A stretch of 64,000 nt of DNA, from NCBI GenBank assembly GCA_002633005.1, contig NMRA01000149.1, forward strand, positions 502,192 to 566,191. The letters are read 5' to 3'. Positions 28,481 to 42,180 of this stretch are shown one piece after another. Origin of the DNA: Phoronis australis (lineage: Eukaryota; Animalia; Phoronida). The position numbers were made by a program, and so were the translations under genes. Under the pieces are notes generated by a model that saw only the letters and a list, made by a program, of their open reading frames with translations, was not told the DNA's origin and ran no database searches. How positions within the stretch are numbered: position 1 is the first letter of the stretch; each line of letters opens with the position of its first letter.

Positions 28481-30953
28481 AAAAAGGAGAACCCAATAGT
28501 ACGAAACAATATAAACGTGGACTTGGGATTCAGCAGCACTGCAGCACTGCAGCAAGGACGATACAATAAAGTGAGGTGTTAGTAACCTTTTATAACTTGT
28601 AAATGTTTAATAGAAACATCATGAAAAACAAGATAAAATGACGAGTATTTGGCAAGGAGATTGAAACCATGTGCGTTAGACCCACCAGATGCATACAGAT
28701 AAAGAAATTTTATTTCAGATGAAACTGTCAGTCTACTATCCTTTGTTACAGTGTTAGCCCATTTTAACTCGTGCGCAGCCATTGCTACACTTTTAGCAAC
28801 GGTGATATGTATGGAACTGACTTTCCTAATTGAAACAAACAGTCCTTTATTTTAGAGTCAATCTTGCAAGTAATGCACCCCCTCGTGACAAAGTCGCCCT
28901 TTACGGCGACGTTTTCTTTGAAGAGAACACGTAGGAAATTCATTTGCGATTTCACGGTCACGTCGAGGTATGTAGACCACGGCCGCCTTTCATGTTAGTG
29001 ATCACCTGTGTTAATTACCTGTGTTTTTACCTGAGCGGGCACACGCGGAGCAAAGGGCGCCGCATCATAATGATTACCCGCTGATCATAAACATGTTGGT
29101 GAAATGGAGGTAATGATGAATGCCATAGTGAATTAGATCATAACAATGAGATAAGAGATCACTTTCATTGGAGCACGATTGTTTGATTTAGTATTTAGAA
29201 GGCCAACTGCACTGCACTGCACGAACGTTGTTACCTCAAATTTTGGAGTAATTTGTGCTTTAATCGGATAAAACAAAAAAATGCAATACAGGTATATCCG
29301 GAGACGTCAACACCAAAATTTGAATTTTAAATACATAATGATTCGAATCTGACAATTTCCTAATGTTACTACAATTTATTTGTCGTTGGTATGACTTGTG
29401 TACTTGCCATTAAAATATACAAATATTGTAATATGTACACACGTTTAAAAAAATAGGAGGTTGCCAAGTTTGTAAAAATTTAGATCGTCAAAAATATCAA
29501 GTCAATTTCTGACCGTGATGCAGCTTCCTAAACAATGAGCAGATGTGATCATAAAGCAGACCCGATGAAAAAATGATTCTGTTTGAGAAAATCCATTCGA
29601 GTGCACCCCAACGCTGAATGAAAACAGATGTAACTTTATGTTTTCATAAATCTATATTTGCGCGACAAGACTTCAATCAAACCAAACGATTAAAGCTCTG
29701 TATCTTATCAAAAGAAATCTGAAGGAATTAGCGAGGTCATTTCGAAGATAATCCCCACAAGCATGCTACAAGAGAATATGAAAGCCGTTGTTATTAAACT
29801 GTCTACGTTTGACCTTTACGATAAAGTGCAGTATTTCAAGATTCAAAACTTTATTTCAGGCAAATGGAATTGAACAAACAGTTTTGGTAAAAACGAAGAA
29901 AACTGCTTTGAAAATCTAAAAACAACTTTTAAGAATGATAAAAATTTACAAAAAAAAAATATATATATTTATGAAAATTCTCATCCTTAATCATTTTCAC
30001 AAATATCGCAATTGTACGAATGAATGGATTTTACTGCACCGAATCCAAAAAAAATGTCTGGATGGTAAATGACTAAATCGCCTGCGAGAAAAAAAATGAG
30101 CTATCGATTGAACAAAACGAAATGAAGATAACGACTTGGACTTTAGTGATGGCCACTTAATAATGTTATTTGTAGCTTTTATCTTTAATACATCTCAAGG
30201 TTTCGGGTTAATTGAAACAAATCTTGTAATAATTTGGCTTTGTTTTCCTTCTACTAGCAAACGAGATCTTAGACTTCCGGGGGATTTATCGGATTTGTTG
30301 CCATGTTAACATATAGGCTGTCATCAATGGCGTGCAATATGTCTACATATTCCTTTATTCTTGTTTAACTATTTACAATTTTGATATCTTTCAAAGAAAT
30401 TTAATAATTTTTTACAAAAGTTGCAATATCTTATGTTAATTCAAGTTAGAAACAAAAGGCAATTCAAGAGAAACGCGTCAATTTCTAAATTTGAAGTATA
30501 AATTAATGGCAAAAATGAGAGCTCAATTTCAATTTTCATCGCTCTGCACATATACACAGACGAAGAGCTACATAATCCACGTAAAGATTTCGGCTCAAAA
30601 AAGATCAAGACCAAATGCACAAACACCATTAATTATAAATGGTGGACAGGGAGTCGCCAAAAATGACAAAAGAGCAAAATTAAGAGACCGCGACAAACCA
30701 ATGTCCCACTCGGACCTGCGGAAGAATATTTTGATCTAATTGTTTCACCACCGGGAAATGTCACGGACCGCTTCAAGTTGGCGTGGCATTTGGGGAAGTT
30801 ATAAGGAAAGGGCGTGATCGAAAGAACATTTGTATCTTTTGCAGAACTAGCAGTCATTTTATTAAAAATCTTAGGCATGCTACCAGCAACAGGCATTACC
30901 GGTTTTACCGTCCAAAACTTATTTTGGGATTTTTTTGGTTGGGGGAGACTTTT

Positions 30954-31020
30954 ATTGTTATTAATTTACTAAATCAGAGCCCTAACATTGTTATTAATTT
31001 ACTAGACCAGAGCCCTAACA
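30954..31020. repeat. 33-bp tandem duplication
   Basis: ATTGTTATTAATTTACTA(AAT/GAC)CAGAGCCCTAAC x2. Confidence 0.9.
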
Positions 31021-31220
31021 AAATTCACTATGTTTTTGTGATTTTAGTACACACACGGAATCGTCAATTCTCACCATTGTTCGCCAGACAATGGCTGAAG
31101 CCAAGGCCGGTGACTTTACAAGTTACTTAACGTTTGTTCAAGTTACCCAGTGGGATTTAACTCCTTCGCAGTTTCGCCCGCGGGTGTTCCGGGAGATTCC
31201 GCGCTTTTCTCGTCGACAAA

Positions 31221-31249
31221 GATGATGATGATGATAATAATGATGATGG

Positions 31250-31298
<49 letters not shown>
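31221..31298. repeat. (GAT)n microsatellite
   Basis: ~25 GAT units with a few interruptions. Confidence 0.95.
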
Positions 31299-31374
31299 AA
31301 AAGTGGCGATGATGAACGAATAAAGATGTCAGAAATGAGTAAGAAATAACTCTATAGTCTTGTTCAATAGAACG

Positions 31375-32210
31375 TAACTACAAAAGTAGTGGAAAATCAG
31401 TCAACAAAGGAACAGCGTCATCAGAAAATCTCAAATAATTCGAAAAGTATACCTTTTAGCAAAAAATGAAGAACATTTCATTTTCTGAAAGCCCGTCAAA
31501 AATTCTATCATAAGATATAGTTTCACAAAATTCCGTAAAAGTTTTGAAAATTTTCAATTTTTTTCATTTTTTTGAAATTGAAAGTCAAATAACACAAAAA
31601 CGTTAAGTCTGAGAAAACAATTGTTACAGGTCATTCGAAAGAGTGTACCTCAGAAAATACACATGCAAAAATTCATCTGCTCTTTTGGTTCAAAATGGCA
31701 CCCCACCACGATTGAAAATGAATGAAAACGCGTCATATCTGCGATCTTGAAAAGAACTTCCTGTTAAGCAGCACTTGATAATACCTAGCTACAGGAAACT
31801 AAAACGTGAAAAATTTCGAAGCAATTGGTCAAACGCGTTTTCGGCCAGAAATTGATGTGCGCATGCGCAATGGTGGATATTTCCTCCATCTTTGACCGGA
31901 AATAAATTATTTCCGGCACATCTGTAGAGCACTCTAGTATAAATAATCTAACCACCGATTTTCAGTCGTGTACGTCAAAAATTACGAGCATTTGAATCTG
32001 AATTCGAAAACAAAATGGCCGCCACGTCCCCCATTTTGAATCCCATCATGTCAAAAAACAACAAGGTTCTAGCTCTTTCAAAGATACAGAGTGTGTGCAA
32101 ATTTCGTGCGAATCGGACGAAAAATGCGACCTATAGAGTGCGAACGAACAAAAAAGGAAAAAACTTGGTTTCAGAGCAACATACTTAACGAAATTCTATT
32201 CCAAGTGTTA
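31375..32210. mobile_element. Probable non-autonomous Helitron/Helentron-like repeat
   Basis: It contains repeated AAATTTCG...AATCGG-type motifs (GTGTGTGCAAATTTCGTGCGAATCGGACGAAAA) and AAAATGGC(C)GCC. Boundaries are approximate. Confidence 0.45.
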
Positions 32211-34149
32211 AAATTTATTCACAAATTTGTTTCTGTTGTTTTAGAAATTTCAGATCTGTTTAAATATATTTCACGAAGCCATTGACAAACAGTTAGTGAG
32301 GGTTGACCCGGAGCTCCAATTATATACAGAACTATTGGTCGCGTAATAGGTATTTAAACGACCAGCAGGTTCGAAACTATCATGGTTCTTACATGAGCAG
32401 ATCAATCCCATGAACAGAAATGGTCACTTTTGCAAGCACCGAGAGCTATATTCACTCGACGACAGCAGGCCACAGGATTGTTGGGTTCAACAAATGTATC
32501 ATAATTAAAGCGCATATACCTCCGCGTTCCGCACAAAAACTTTTAATTCGTAACTCTTTCCGCAGTAAAATTTGTCTCAACTTGTTCCTTACTCAGATGG
32601 CAAATGATTTCTGAGTTGGCAAACAACTGACAGCTAGCTATTGAGAACATGTTCGGCGCACTATTCCCGATACCCTGCAATTAGCACACGACCAGAAAAA
32701 AAATGACTTGTTCACGGCTATCGAATTTGGTTAGACAAAGTATAAAGCGGTAGTTTATAAACACTAAAGACATATTTTGAAACCATGCATTCTTCGTTTT
32801 CTGCTGATGCTGAATAACCTTATACTTTCGGGAAGTAAGTCCACACAGTCTAGTCCTGGGTTGACTTAAGAGGCAGTGTTTTTTTTTAACCAAATATGAA
32901 CCCCGATATTGAAGTTCCTCACAGACGTAAATAGATGTTCGAATTTTGTAGTAAACAACTCGTAAATTTGTACAATTTTCTTTTTAGCCACTAATTTTTG
33001 ACTGAGACAGGGTCATATACCAGTGGGCGATGGAGCAGTTGCGAAACGCAACAAGCTTTTACCAACATATGCAAGCTGCAAAATTTGTGCACCACTGAAG
33101 AGGTAAGGTAGCGATTTATTGACTTTAAAGTGGGTGATATTGTTTAACACTCAATCTGACTGTCTACCACCAATAAACATTTCCGTTGTCAAGAACTAAT
33201 GAAGTGTCAGTTCGTTCGGAGCCCTGAAATCGTCTCTAAGATGACCAAGGAATGAACTGAGACCAACTGAATGTCATAACGGAAAGCGGCCTAAGGCAAA
33301 AGTTGTTTTTATGACGTAAGGCGCGGTTGTTACTGCTCTAAGACAATAATAAGATATGTGGACTATTACGGTAACAACCAATCGTGGTACAAAGCCGCAT
33401 GGATTTAAATATGTTTCCACGTCCAGTCATTTTCAGGTACAGTTGGGCTGGCTAAACAATAGGCCTGCATATAGAACAATGAAAACAGTGACATTTTCTT
33501 CAAAAACGTATTGTTGGCATTAAGAAAGTGTTTAGGACATTTCTTCAGAATGTTGATTATTGAAGCTCGAGATGACAGTAAGTCTGCAGATGCGAAATAA
33601 TGGTACTTTCAACATATTACATTTAATACTTGGCGTTGTCACGGTGACAAATGGCCTTCCGTCAACACATCAGATGGCGCCACGACCAAGGTGGATCAAC
33701 ATTTGATTTCGCGAGGTTACTTTATCGCAAAATGAAGTCGAAGATTGTCATCGAGCATTTCCCTAAACAACGTTTTCGTTCAAAGTCACATATAAAATGA
33801 AATTATCTGATCATACATCAATTGGCATATTTTGTCAAGGTGTCATTTCTATAAGGGGATATCTAGTCGAACTGCGTTACAAAGAAACTGGTTCATTATA
33901 ACCTGTTCGCTCACTTGTTTGTCAATATGTTGAATTTTTAACCCAGCGAAGCGCTTTGGGGTATAAAAACACCACACTGACTCATCCCATCTTGAATTGT
34001 TGCCGAATGAGCTGGTAACTCAGGTCTCAGGCAATGCACATTGACAAGGCCTACTACAACGGTACGCCGGGCCTTTTTCGAATTCGCAATACAGGGAAGC
34101 TTTTCTTGAGTCGCTGATTGGCTCAATTCATTTTCTGATTTTTGGGAGC

Positions 34150-34965
34150 CTAATACTGAGGAAGTGCAGTTTCAAAAGTTCTATTCTTACTGACAAAAGG
34201 TTCTGCCAGACGGTTCTCCGTTGTATCGCACGCCCGCGTTCGATTGAATTCATCAATTGGGGGAAAATATAAATTATTAATCATTAAGAAGACAAACTTA
34301 GTGTTCTGTATTTTCTCATAACATACTTTGTAGCAGGCCCAACACATGCAAGCATACGCGCTCACATCCATGTGATTTCACGCGTCCGACACCAACCTGC
34401 GTTCCGCCGAAGCTGCTAACTTTTGATTTAGTCCACTAGTACTGCTATAAAATTGGTCTCAACTTGTTCCTTACTTAGACGAGAAGTGATTTTTGGTCTT
34501 GTAAAGAACTGCCATTTCATTCGCCGACCAATAGTGTCTCTTCATTCGTTTACCGCTCCCACGTACATTCTTTCCAACCCCATAAATCGCATCTATTTCT
34601 TCGAAGGAAGAAAGTGAGACCAATTTCATGACGGAAGGTACGTGGTCTAAATCAAAAGTTGTTTTTTTGTGACCGAAATTGGATTCAAATAGCCGATTTA
34701 AGAAAATGTGAACTGCAACAGGATCACTGACAAGCCTATGTCGTGTCTCAATTGCCAGGTGGCGCCACGAATCAGACTTCAATGGATTCCACTGGACTCA
34801 ACTAGTCTCAAGTATTCCATGCATATATCCACTTGTCATGTCGATCTCTTACCATAACTTTCCAAATTATTTCAGATAAGCTCCAGCGATTTCTCGACTT
34901 AGACCATATTTGTTTTCTGCAGCTGCATGAGGAGTCCTCATCACGAACACCAACCCTTTCATATG
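34150..34965 (-). pseudogene. Decayed coding-like sequence of unknown family
   Basis: ORF-track entries 34471-34782 and 34150-34371 and their upstream extension share one frame with few stops. There is a diverged homologous segment at 32500-32640. Confidence 0.35.
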
Positions 34966-37069
34966 AATACCAGCTAGTCAGTATTTTAATACATTTAAAA
35001 ATGTTTCCTGAGGTACATCACTTGAAAAACCCCGAGTACTCAGCAGTCTGTAGCACACCCTTGACAAGGAGCGCATCGCTTGATACGAGGGGATAGTTTA
35101 TATATTTTAGTACCGACGCTCGTCATTTTAGTTCTACTATTTTATATTTTTATTCGTTGGTAACTGTACGGCATTGCAACATCTATTTGAAAAACCCTAG
35201 TAGCGAATTTCTCATGAAGGCATAGTAAACTTTCAAGGCATGGTACAACTGAATGTATTCGCCTAAATGTACAGAGACCAAGTCAGGATTATGTGTATGC
35301 CAATCTGTTGCTAGTTTGATGCAGACGTTTTCATAGTCCAATGAGTTAAATGTCCAAAGGACATAAGTCTCTGAGATTGGTAAGTGAGGACTATTTATGA
35401 GTCTACGTGACGCCTGCGCCTTAATTAAAGCCCTGAGCCGCAGCTCGTCTGTTCATCCTGTGACCATATCTTTTTTCTGTGTAGCTAGATATATCTTCAA
35501 ACATTTGACATTCAAAATCACCGCATTATAACTTAGCATTTTTTTTTGTAAAGACATATTTTATGCTCTTCTAATATACGTAAATTATTTAGAAAGAGGT
35601 CGGAAAAACCTAAATTCGCAGTTGTTTTCACAACACTGTTTTTATGACTTCGTTTGGCTCAAACTTTTTTCTGCTCCATTAATAGCCGTTCATTTGACTT
35701 CATATTTCATATATCATATTCTGCGCATATTTTATTTTTTACAATAACAAAAATGTCTACACACAATGCCATCATCAACAATCAATTATATTTTAACCCA
35801 CTCTACACAATGCTGCATTTTTGTCAACTTTTAAAGTATGTTCCATTTTTAAAAGTGTTACACTTTCAGAAGGTACACCCATGTTGACCACTTCAGTGTT
35901 CTAAAGCTTGCGTGGATTTGCTTAAAGTGTTGTACAAGTCAATAACTTCTGTTCAATGCAAAATATACAAACTTGCAAAATATTTCCTTTAAACTAAGCA
36001 AAAACATTTCAGCCTTGTGGAAATGTGTTTTACCCTTTATTCAGGTCCATAACGGCATGTCTTGGTCATCTCCTTCACTCCGCGAAGTTCCTCAACTGAT
36101 GTTCCATTGTCCCAGGTAGCCTATCGTTGTTTTACATAGCCAATGTTCCGGTCCTGTCTTTCTCAAGTCCCGACATATCCCCTGCTCAAACATTGCTGGA
36201 TCCGACGTTTCATTTTTCCGACGCCCCCAGAAGCTTGGCTCGGTGCTAACTGGTCCCGTTAAAATTTCGGTGTCATCCCAAGTCTTTTGTTAGTCGTCCA
36301 TTACACCTTGTACCATAACTTGCATGTTCACCAATAAACATGTTTTCTGACCATATTTTTGTTCCCGTTTTTTCTAACAAAAGCAATTACCCCCGAGAAG
36401 CAACCAATGTATTTCTAATATTCAACAACGGTGCTTACTCAAAACCGTTCACAGTGGCGTCCGTCTCAGTCTCATCTGTCGACTAGTTATGAACACATCG
36501 CCTTATTCGTGTGTCGAAATTTGCCCAAGGCGAAACAAGAGGAGTTGTTAATTGCTCAAAACTCCAACCCCGGGAGCCAAATACCCCCCGAAAAGTGCAT
36601 TTTTTGCGCATGTGACTTAATGCACATGACGCACATAAAAAAACGTGCTAATTACACCAGTTTCATGGAGTACCGAGCTGAGAGGACATGGCGGTGCCAG
36701 AACATCAAGACAGGAATAACCAGGCCCGGGGAGCGTCGTCTGGGAACCAGTTGGATGGGAAAACAAAGAGGCTGGTGATTTAGCAACGAGCTTCTTTATA
36801 ATTTAGTTTTGATATTGTAATCGAATTCTTTTAGAAAATAAATTTTGTATTAAAATAAAGAAGTCAACATTGTAGTGAATCCTTTGAATCGTTCTAAAAT
36901 TTTAGGATGTTGGGTTACCTTAGTCAAAACCACAGGTAGAGGAGTTCCTGTCTAATTCGGCAGAATAGTAAGACTGATTTTGCTCATAAAATGTTAAGGT
37001 TTAATTTCATTTCATGAAACTAAAAAAGCTCACAGTTTACCAAAAAAACCTCAATGTTGGATTGATGTA

Positions 37070-37814
37070 ATTTTAATAGTTATAACATTCTTAATGAGAT
37101 GGTATGAAACAACTGGAATTAAAACAGTTTGTCTCTCACCACCTTATGCAAGTTAGAAAACCAAATGCTAATTACACATATGAAAGATTTGAAAACTGTG
37201 TTACCAACTAGTAACATTGTCAGTTTGGTAACTAGACACTTCTGTTTGGAATCTCAGTAACACTAAGTTAGTTTGAAATTTCACCACCAAGTGAATTTGC
37301 CTTTAATCTGCATTTTAATGTGAACAATATAAGAAGATGTGTTTTTATGACTTGATGAAGCTTATGGAAATATTATTTGCAGTATCACAACATTACAGAT
37401 TCTTTTATAGGATAACAGAAAATCATTCATGCAACACCAATAGTTAAATTAAGAGTCTTAAGTATGTAGTTGGAGATTGATTCCTGGCTCCAATTTTATC
37501 ATACAAGTAGGAAGGTGATCAAGCCACTGACCCGGACTAATGACTTGTATCCAGTTAACATGCTTCAAATATCCATCAGCTATCAACAACTGGGTGCAAA
37601 TGTAGCCTTCATACCATTGTTTGAATAGAACAAATAAGACAACAACTCTATCAGACAAAAACACTGTATTGTTGACTTGTCACCACAGCCGTACATTTGA
37701 CTTAATGCTTAAGAAATTTAATGCATTTCAACTTGCACCGACTTCACCGTTGAAAGAATGTGTCACAGTTGTGAACTGTTGTTCTCTTTCTGAAGCAGGC
37801 ATTGTTCTGGTCCT
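37070..37814 (-). other. Candidate distal terminal non-coding exon
   Basis: Acceptor cttttgatttttcag| at 37815 and ATTAAA near 37072. The position coincides with the end of the CpG-depleted domain. Confidence 0.3.
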
Positions 37815-40800
37815 CTGAAAAATCAAAAGTCATAATGTATAGCTTGAAAGAGCAAGATAAACATTTAACTGAGGTATTAGACTAGATCATAGTTTGCACA
37901 GCAAATAAATAGCCACTTTAGTCTCATTAACATGACTGGTAACACACTGTCGCTAATGTCTTCACACACTCGTTCGAAAATCTATTATTTTACAGAAGAC
38001 AGTTTCAAAAAGCCAGAATGTCACTCTCAATGAACTTTCCAACACAGCCTCCCTTGGACTTTTACCTGAGAGTGCCTAGTGTCTGCTCACAAATATTCAC
38101 AAGATCCAACTGAGAACACGGTTATGTAAAGCAGAAACAACACAAGTGTACCAGAGAACATGCATAATGAAGACGAATGTGTTGCAACACTGGTGCTCAG
38201 TTTGTCACTCAACACTACTCGAACATTTTCAAGTGACAAGTCCATCATGTGATTGTCTAACAAATGCTTGAAGCTGCAGGACACTGTGCAAAAAGTGGAG
38301 TCTGGTGGAATGTGACTACAAAGCACTACGACTGATGCCCCTGCCCAACACACCAAAGCAATCCCAAAATGTAACAAAATGACAACGAACAAACAATGAA
38401 TTAAACACAAACTTGAAGGTGTGATTATTACCAGTAAACATTTTGAATAACTCCTGCGGCCAGAGCATTGCCCATTGTTGCGACGCACTTGCATAGAATT
38501 GTGAATTTTGGCAAGTTAAAAAAATGGGAGATTTTTGTTCATTATTTGTTGTGACCTCAATGTGATATCCAAAGAGGGAGACAGCAGACTGGACAGACCA
38601 TGTAAGTAATACGAGATATGGTGTACTTTTAAATTCACTTCACTTTGTGTATACCACATCCCTTTTTATTCACTTGGCCTAACCACAACAAACACTGTAA
38701 CAGTTGTAAATCTTGCATGTTCACTGTCAGGGCTTGAATTACACACAGCACATTATCTAACAGTGTCTGAAAGAATGCTCTGACCATAATGGCAGTAAAA
38801 GGGTGAAATCTGTAAAAAACAAAACATTCTGATACAAAGCATGCTCATTATGTACTATGTGACATGCTCTCCTAATAATGCAAACTATAATATTTTAACT
38901 TTCTGTGTCTTATCAATTAGGCAGCAATGATTGCTGTTAGAAGTTCCAGAGTGACTAACAACCAAAACGTTCAGAATTTCCAGCCAAAATTTGCTTAGCC
39001 ACCACGAAGAGGCAGAGTGTTTAAGAAGAGTCATGGGCAAGAAAAGTAGGTCAAAGGTGCAACAAACACAATCCCTAGCCACCACACTTTAAAATAAATC
39101 TCAAACTGCCAGCCAATCCAATAGGTGCCAACTTTTAATTAAATTAGGAGGGGGAATGTGACTGTGTGCCACCTTGGGGTTTAAAAACATTAACCCACTC
39201 ACTCAATCTTGAATTATTGTGTTGGTGAAGTGACAACTCAAGTCACAGGGAATACAATAAATACATGTAAAATTAGCCACTATCCAACTTTTAGGGTTGG
39301 ACAGCCCCAATAAACTCTGTCGCATTCCTGAGTTGTGGAAAGTTGCCACAGTATCAAAACTATTTCATTGTTGCTAGCACACAACATGTCTGATTTCAGC
39401 ATGCTAACTCTAGCTAACAAACAAGTGGTGCAGTCAGAGAGGTATATGTTTCACCCCAGTTTGAACAAGTCATTTTCATAAGACTCTGATCTGCAATTTG
39501 CCCACGTCTTTTTTATCTATTCCTAAAAAGACCAATTTGCCAACAAATTCAGGACCTAAGGTCTAATAACCTGAACACTTTGCCCAAAATATGACCAACT
39601 CAACAAACCGCTCTCAATTGAACATATTAATTGAGATCTGCACACACCAAAGAGCAACTAAATTGTATTACACCTTTCATCCAGCGTGCTGTAATATGGG
39701 CCTTCAATGTCTTGCACCAACATAGAGTACACGTCAAAAGTATTCAGCGGACAAAATGACACAGAATTCCCCGTCATGAGGGCAGGGGAGGGGGGGGGAG
39801 GAGCCTAATTCAGCATAAGAGAAGTCTTCTCACATGAACGAGAATGAAGACCAATTAAAGGAAAAGTTATTATGGTGGCCAATTCCAAGTCACTCAGTAA
39901 TTATTACTCGTCATTTTTGCTGTCGCGACTGGAATGCTATTCTGTCTGAATACTTTTGTCTTGTACTGTATAAGCAGTGGGCATGTCTCTCTTTCAGGAG
40001 CAGTCTTACTTACTTGCCACCATGTATTTGTCACACAACAATCTGGTGTATCCTGTTATGGTGGTCTCAACAGAGTATCAACGACACGGGAGGGAGTTGA
40101 TGCCAAAATGAAGAGTAATCTGGAATATAGCATGAAGTATTACTCTGAGCTTTCAACCTAATACATTCAATGGAATTGCAAGTAGCAGCCAATGAGCCTC
40201 ATGCAAGACAAGCAACAGCACGGAGATTGTCAAATAATTCTCAAGCAGTGAACAGTGACAACTCGTACATGGCGTCTACTTGTTCATATTGGTTTCCCAC
40301 CAACCTTGTAATCCATGAGTTAAGAAAATGCACAGAACCGGGGCTCGCATGCGGTCTCACAAAAAATGAGCATTAGTACATTTGCACTGTAAATACAATC
40401 TGTATCGAAAGGTAAAAAGCACGAACAGCAAGACTAAGCTGGATATATAATCACTTTGGGTGAAAAAGAAGCGCAACAAAAGAACTCTCATAAGTTGTTA
40501 ATCAGTTTACACTTGTACTTGCATGAAAGCTGGAACTCAAACTGTACTACACTAATTTCTCTAATAATTTTTACAAAATTTTACTAGCTACTGTTTCTGT
40601 AGACATTCAATGTGCAATTTTTTCAACAGCCTAGTGATTCAACAAATTGTTATAATCTTAACCAAGGTACACTAGCAATCACAGAAAATGTAGCCACCTA
40701 GAGCAAAAATTAACAGCAAAATATTTCAATGGCTTCTGCAGCTAGATTTGCCGCACAAACTACATATTTCATTTCAGTTTGAGGCTGGGGAGTTCTTTGT

Positions 40801-42078
40801 ATCTGGATCTCCTGCATATGCAGCACAAATCCCATACTTGAGCACTGGAGGCAGTATAGTCTCCAGTAAATTCTGGTCATGTTCAAATAAATGCAATCAA
40901 GTCCAAATACTGATGCGCTTTAGAGCACACGTGACTACAGACAATCGCGTATTCTAATGATTCCACGCAGGCTTATTATCACAACTCAGAGTCTCATGGC
41001 CAGGACTTCTCTGTGCATGTGAATATTTATAAAAAGGTGCCACACATTTCGTGAATACATGCTTATATAATCAAACCACAGGCGGTACATACAAAGTCTT
41101 TAAAAAAATGTTGCAAGAGCGGTATTTTAATACCTATTCTGGAGTTGTAATTTCTACAAGCAAGCTAAACATAAACATAGAATAATGGCTAACTCTAATA
41201 AACTGGTCCAGCAATTGTCCTTGTCATGATAACAATTGCTTTCTGTCATTCAAAAGAATCTAGAGATCACACGCGACTGCTATGGAGCTGGGAAGGTCGA
41301 CCAAACTGAAGCTGCCAAGAACTAGCCGTCTGTCAAAAGCATAACTTTTGATTTGGGCCACAAGTTGGTCTCGGTTAAAGGTGATTTCTGAGCCAGATCA
41401 AAAATGACAGTTCGTTATAGCTGAAGATTGCAGGCTCAAAAAGTCACATGCTCATGGTGCGTCATCTTATGCACCAAGAATGGCCTCGTCGAATAACGAA
41501 CTGTTAATTATTTGGAAACCCAGAAATCACCTCCCTTCTGAGTAAAGGAGTCGAGACCTATTGTACATTGGAAGTGGTCTAAATCAGAAGATTCATTTCT
41601 TTGCTTTAACACTGCATTATCATCATTTTATATTTTTACTCACTGATGGCCCAAATAATTTGCTTGGTAATGGAAATCATTTTTCATCATGTCATGGAAA
41701 GATTTGAGACGTATTTTGTGTTGCTAAGTAACGTGTTAGCGGAACATTATTTACACTTGAGGAAGTGAGCAAGAGGAACATTACCCATTAATGTATCGTA
41801 CGACGAAAGCATACCTCACGTAACACGCAGCCTCCTAGCATCACCCATTGACACAAATCACCTGAAATATCCACAATCACTTCATTAATAAACAATAAAT
41901 CTCATAAATTGCTCGGGTGTTGTTTGAATAAAAAATGAAACATGAATTCCTCTAGATACTACATAGCACAAATTAGATGAATCATGATTTTCTTTAGCTT
42001 TCCATCTCTTTTAAGATTCCACCAACGCAGAATAATTCCACAATTGTTAAGACTACAGTATACCCATGTTATCCTCAC

Positions 42079-42180
42079 TCAAAGCTACATTTCACACCAC
42101 TAAAAATGAAAACTTGAAAAAAACCTTTTTACTCTCATGAAACCGGTCTCTTAATATGTTTTCCCGTGTTCATTTCCGTT
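42079..42180. mobile_element. Same family, copy 3 (fragment)
   Basis: AAAGCTACATTTCAC...CCTTTTTACTCTCATGAAA...ATTTCCGTT. Confidence 0.5.
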
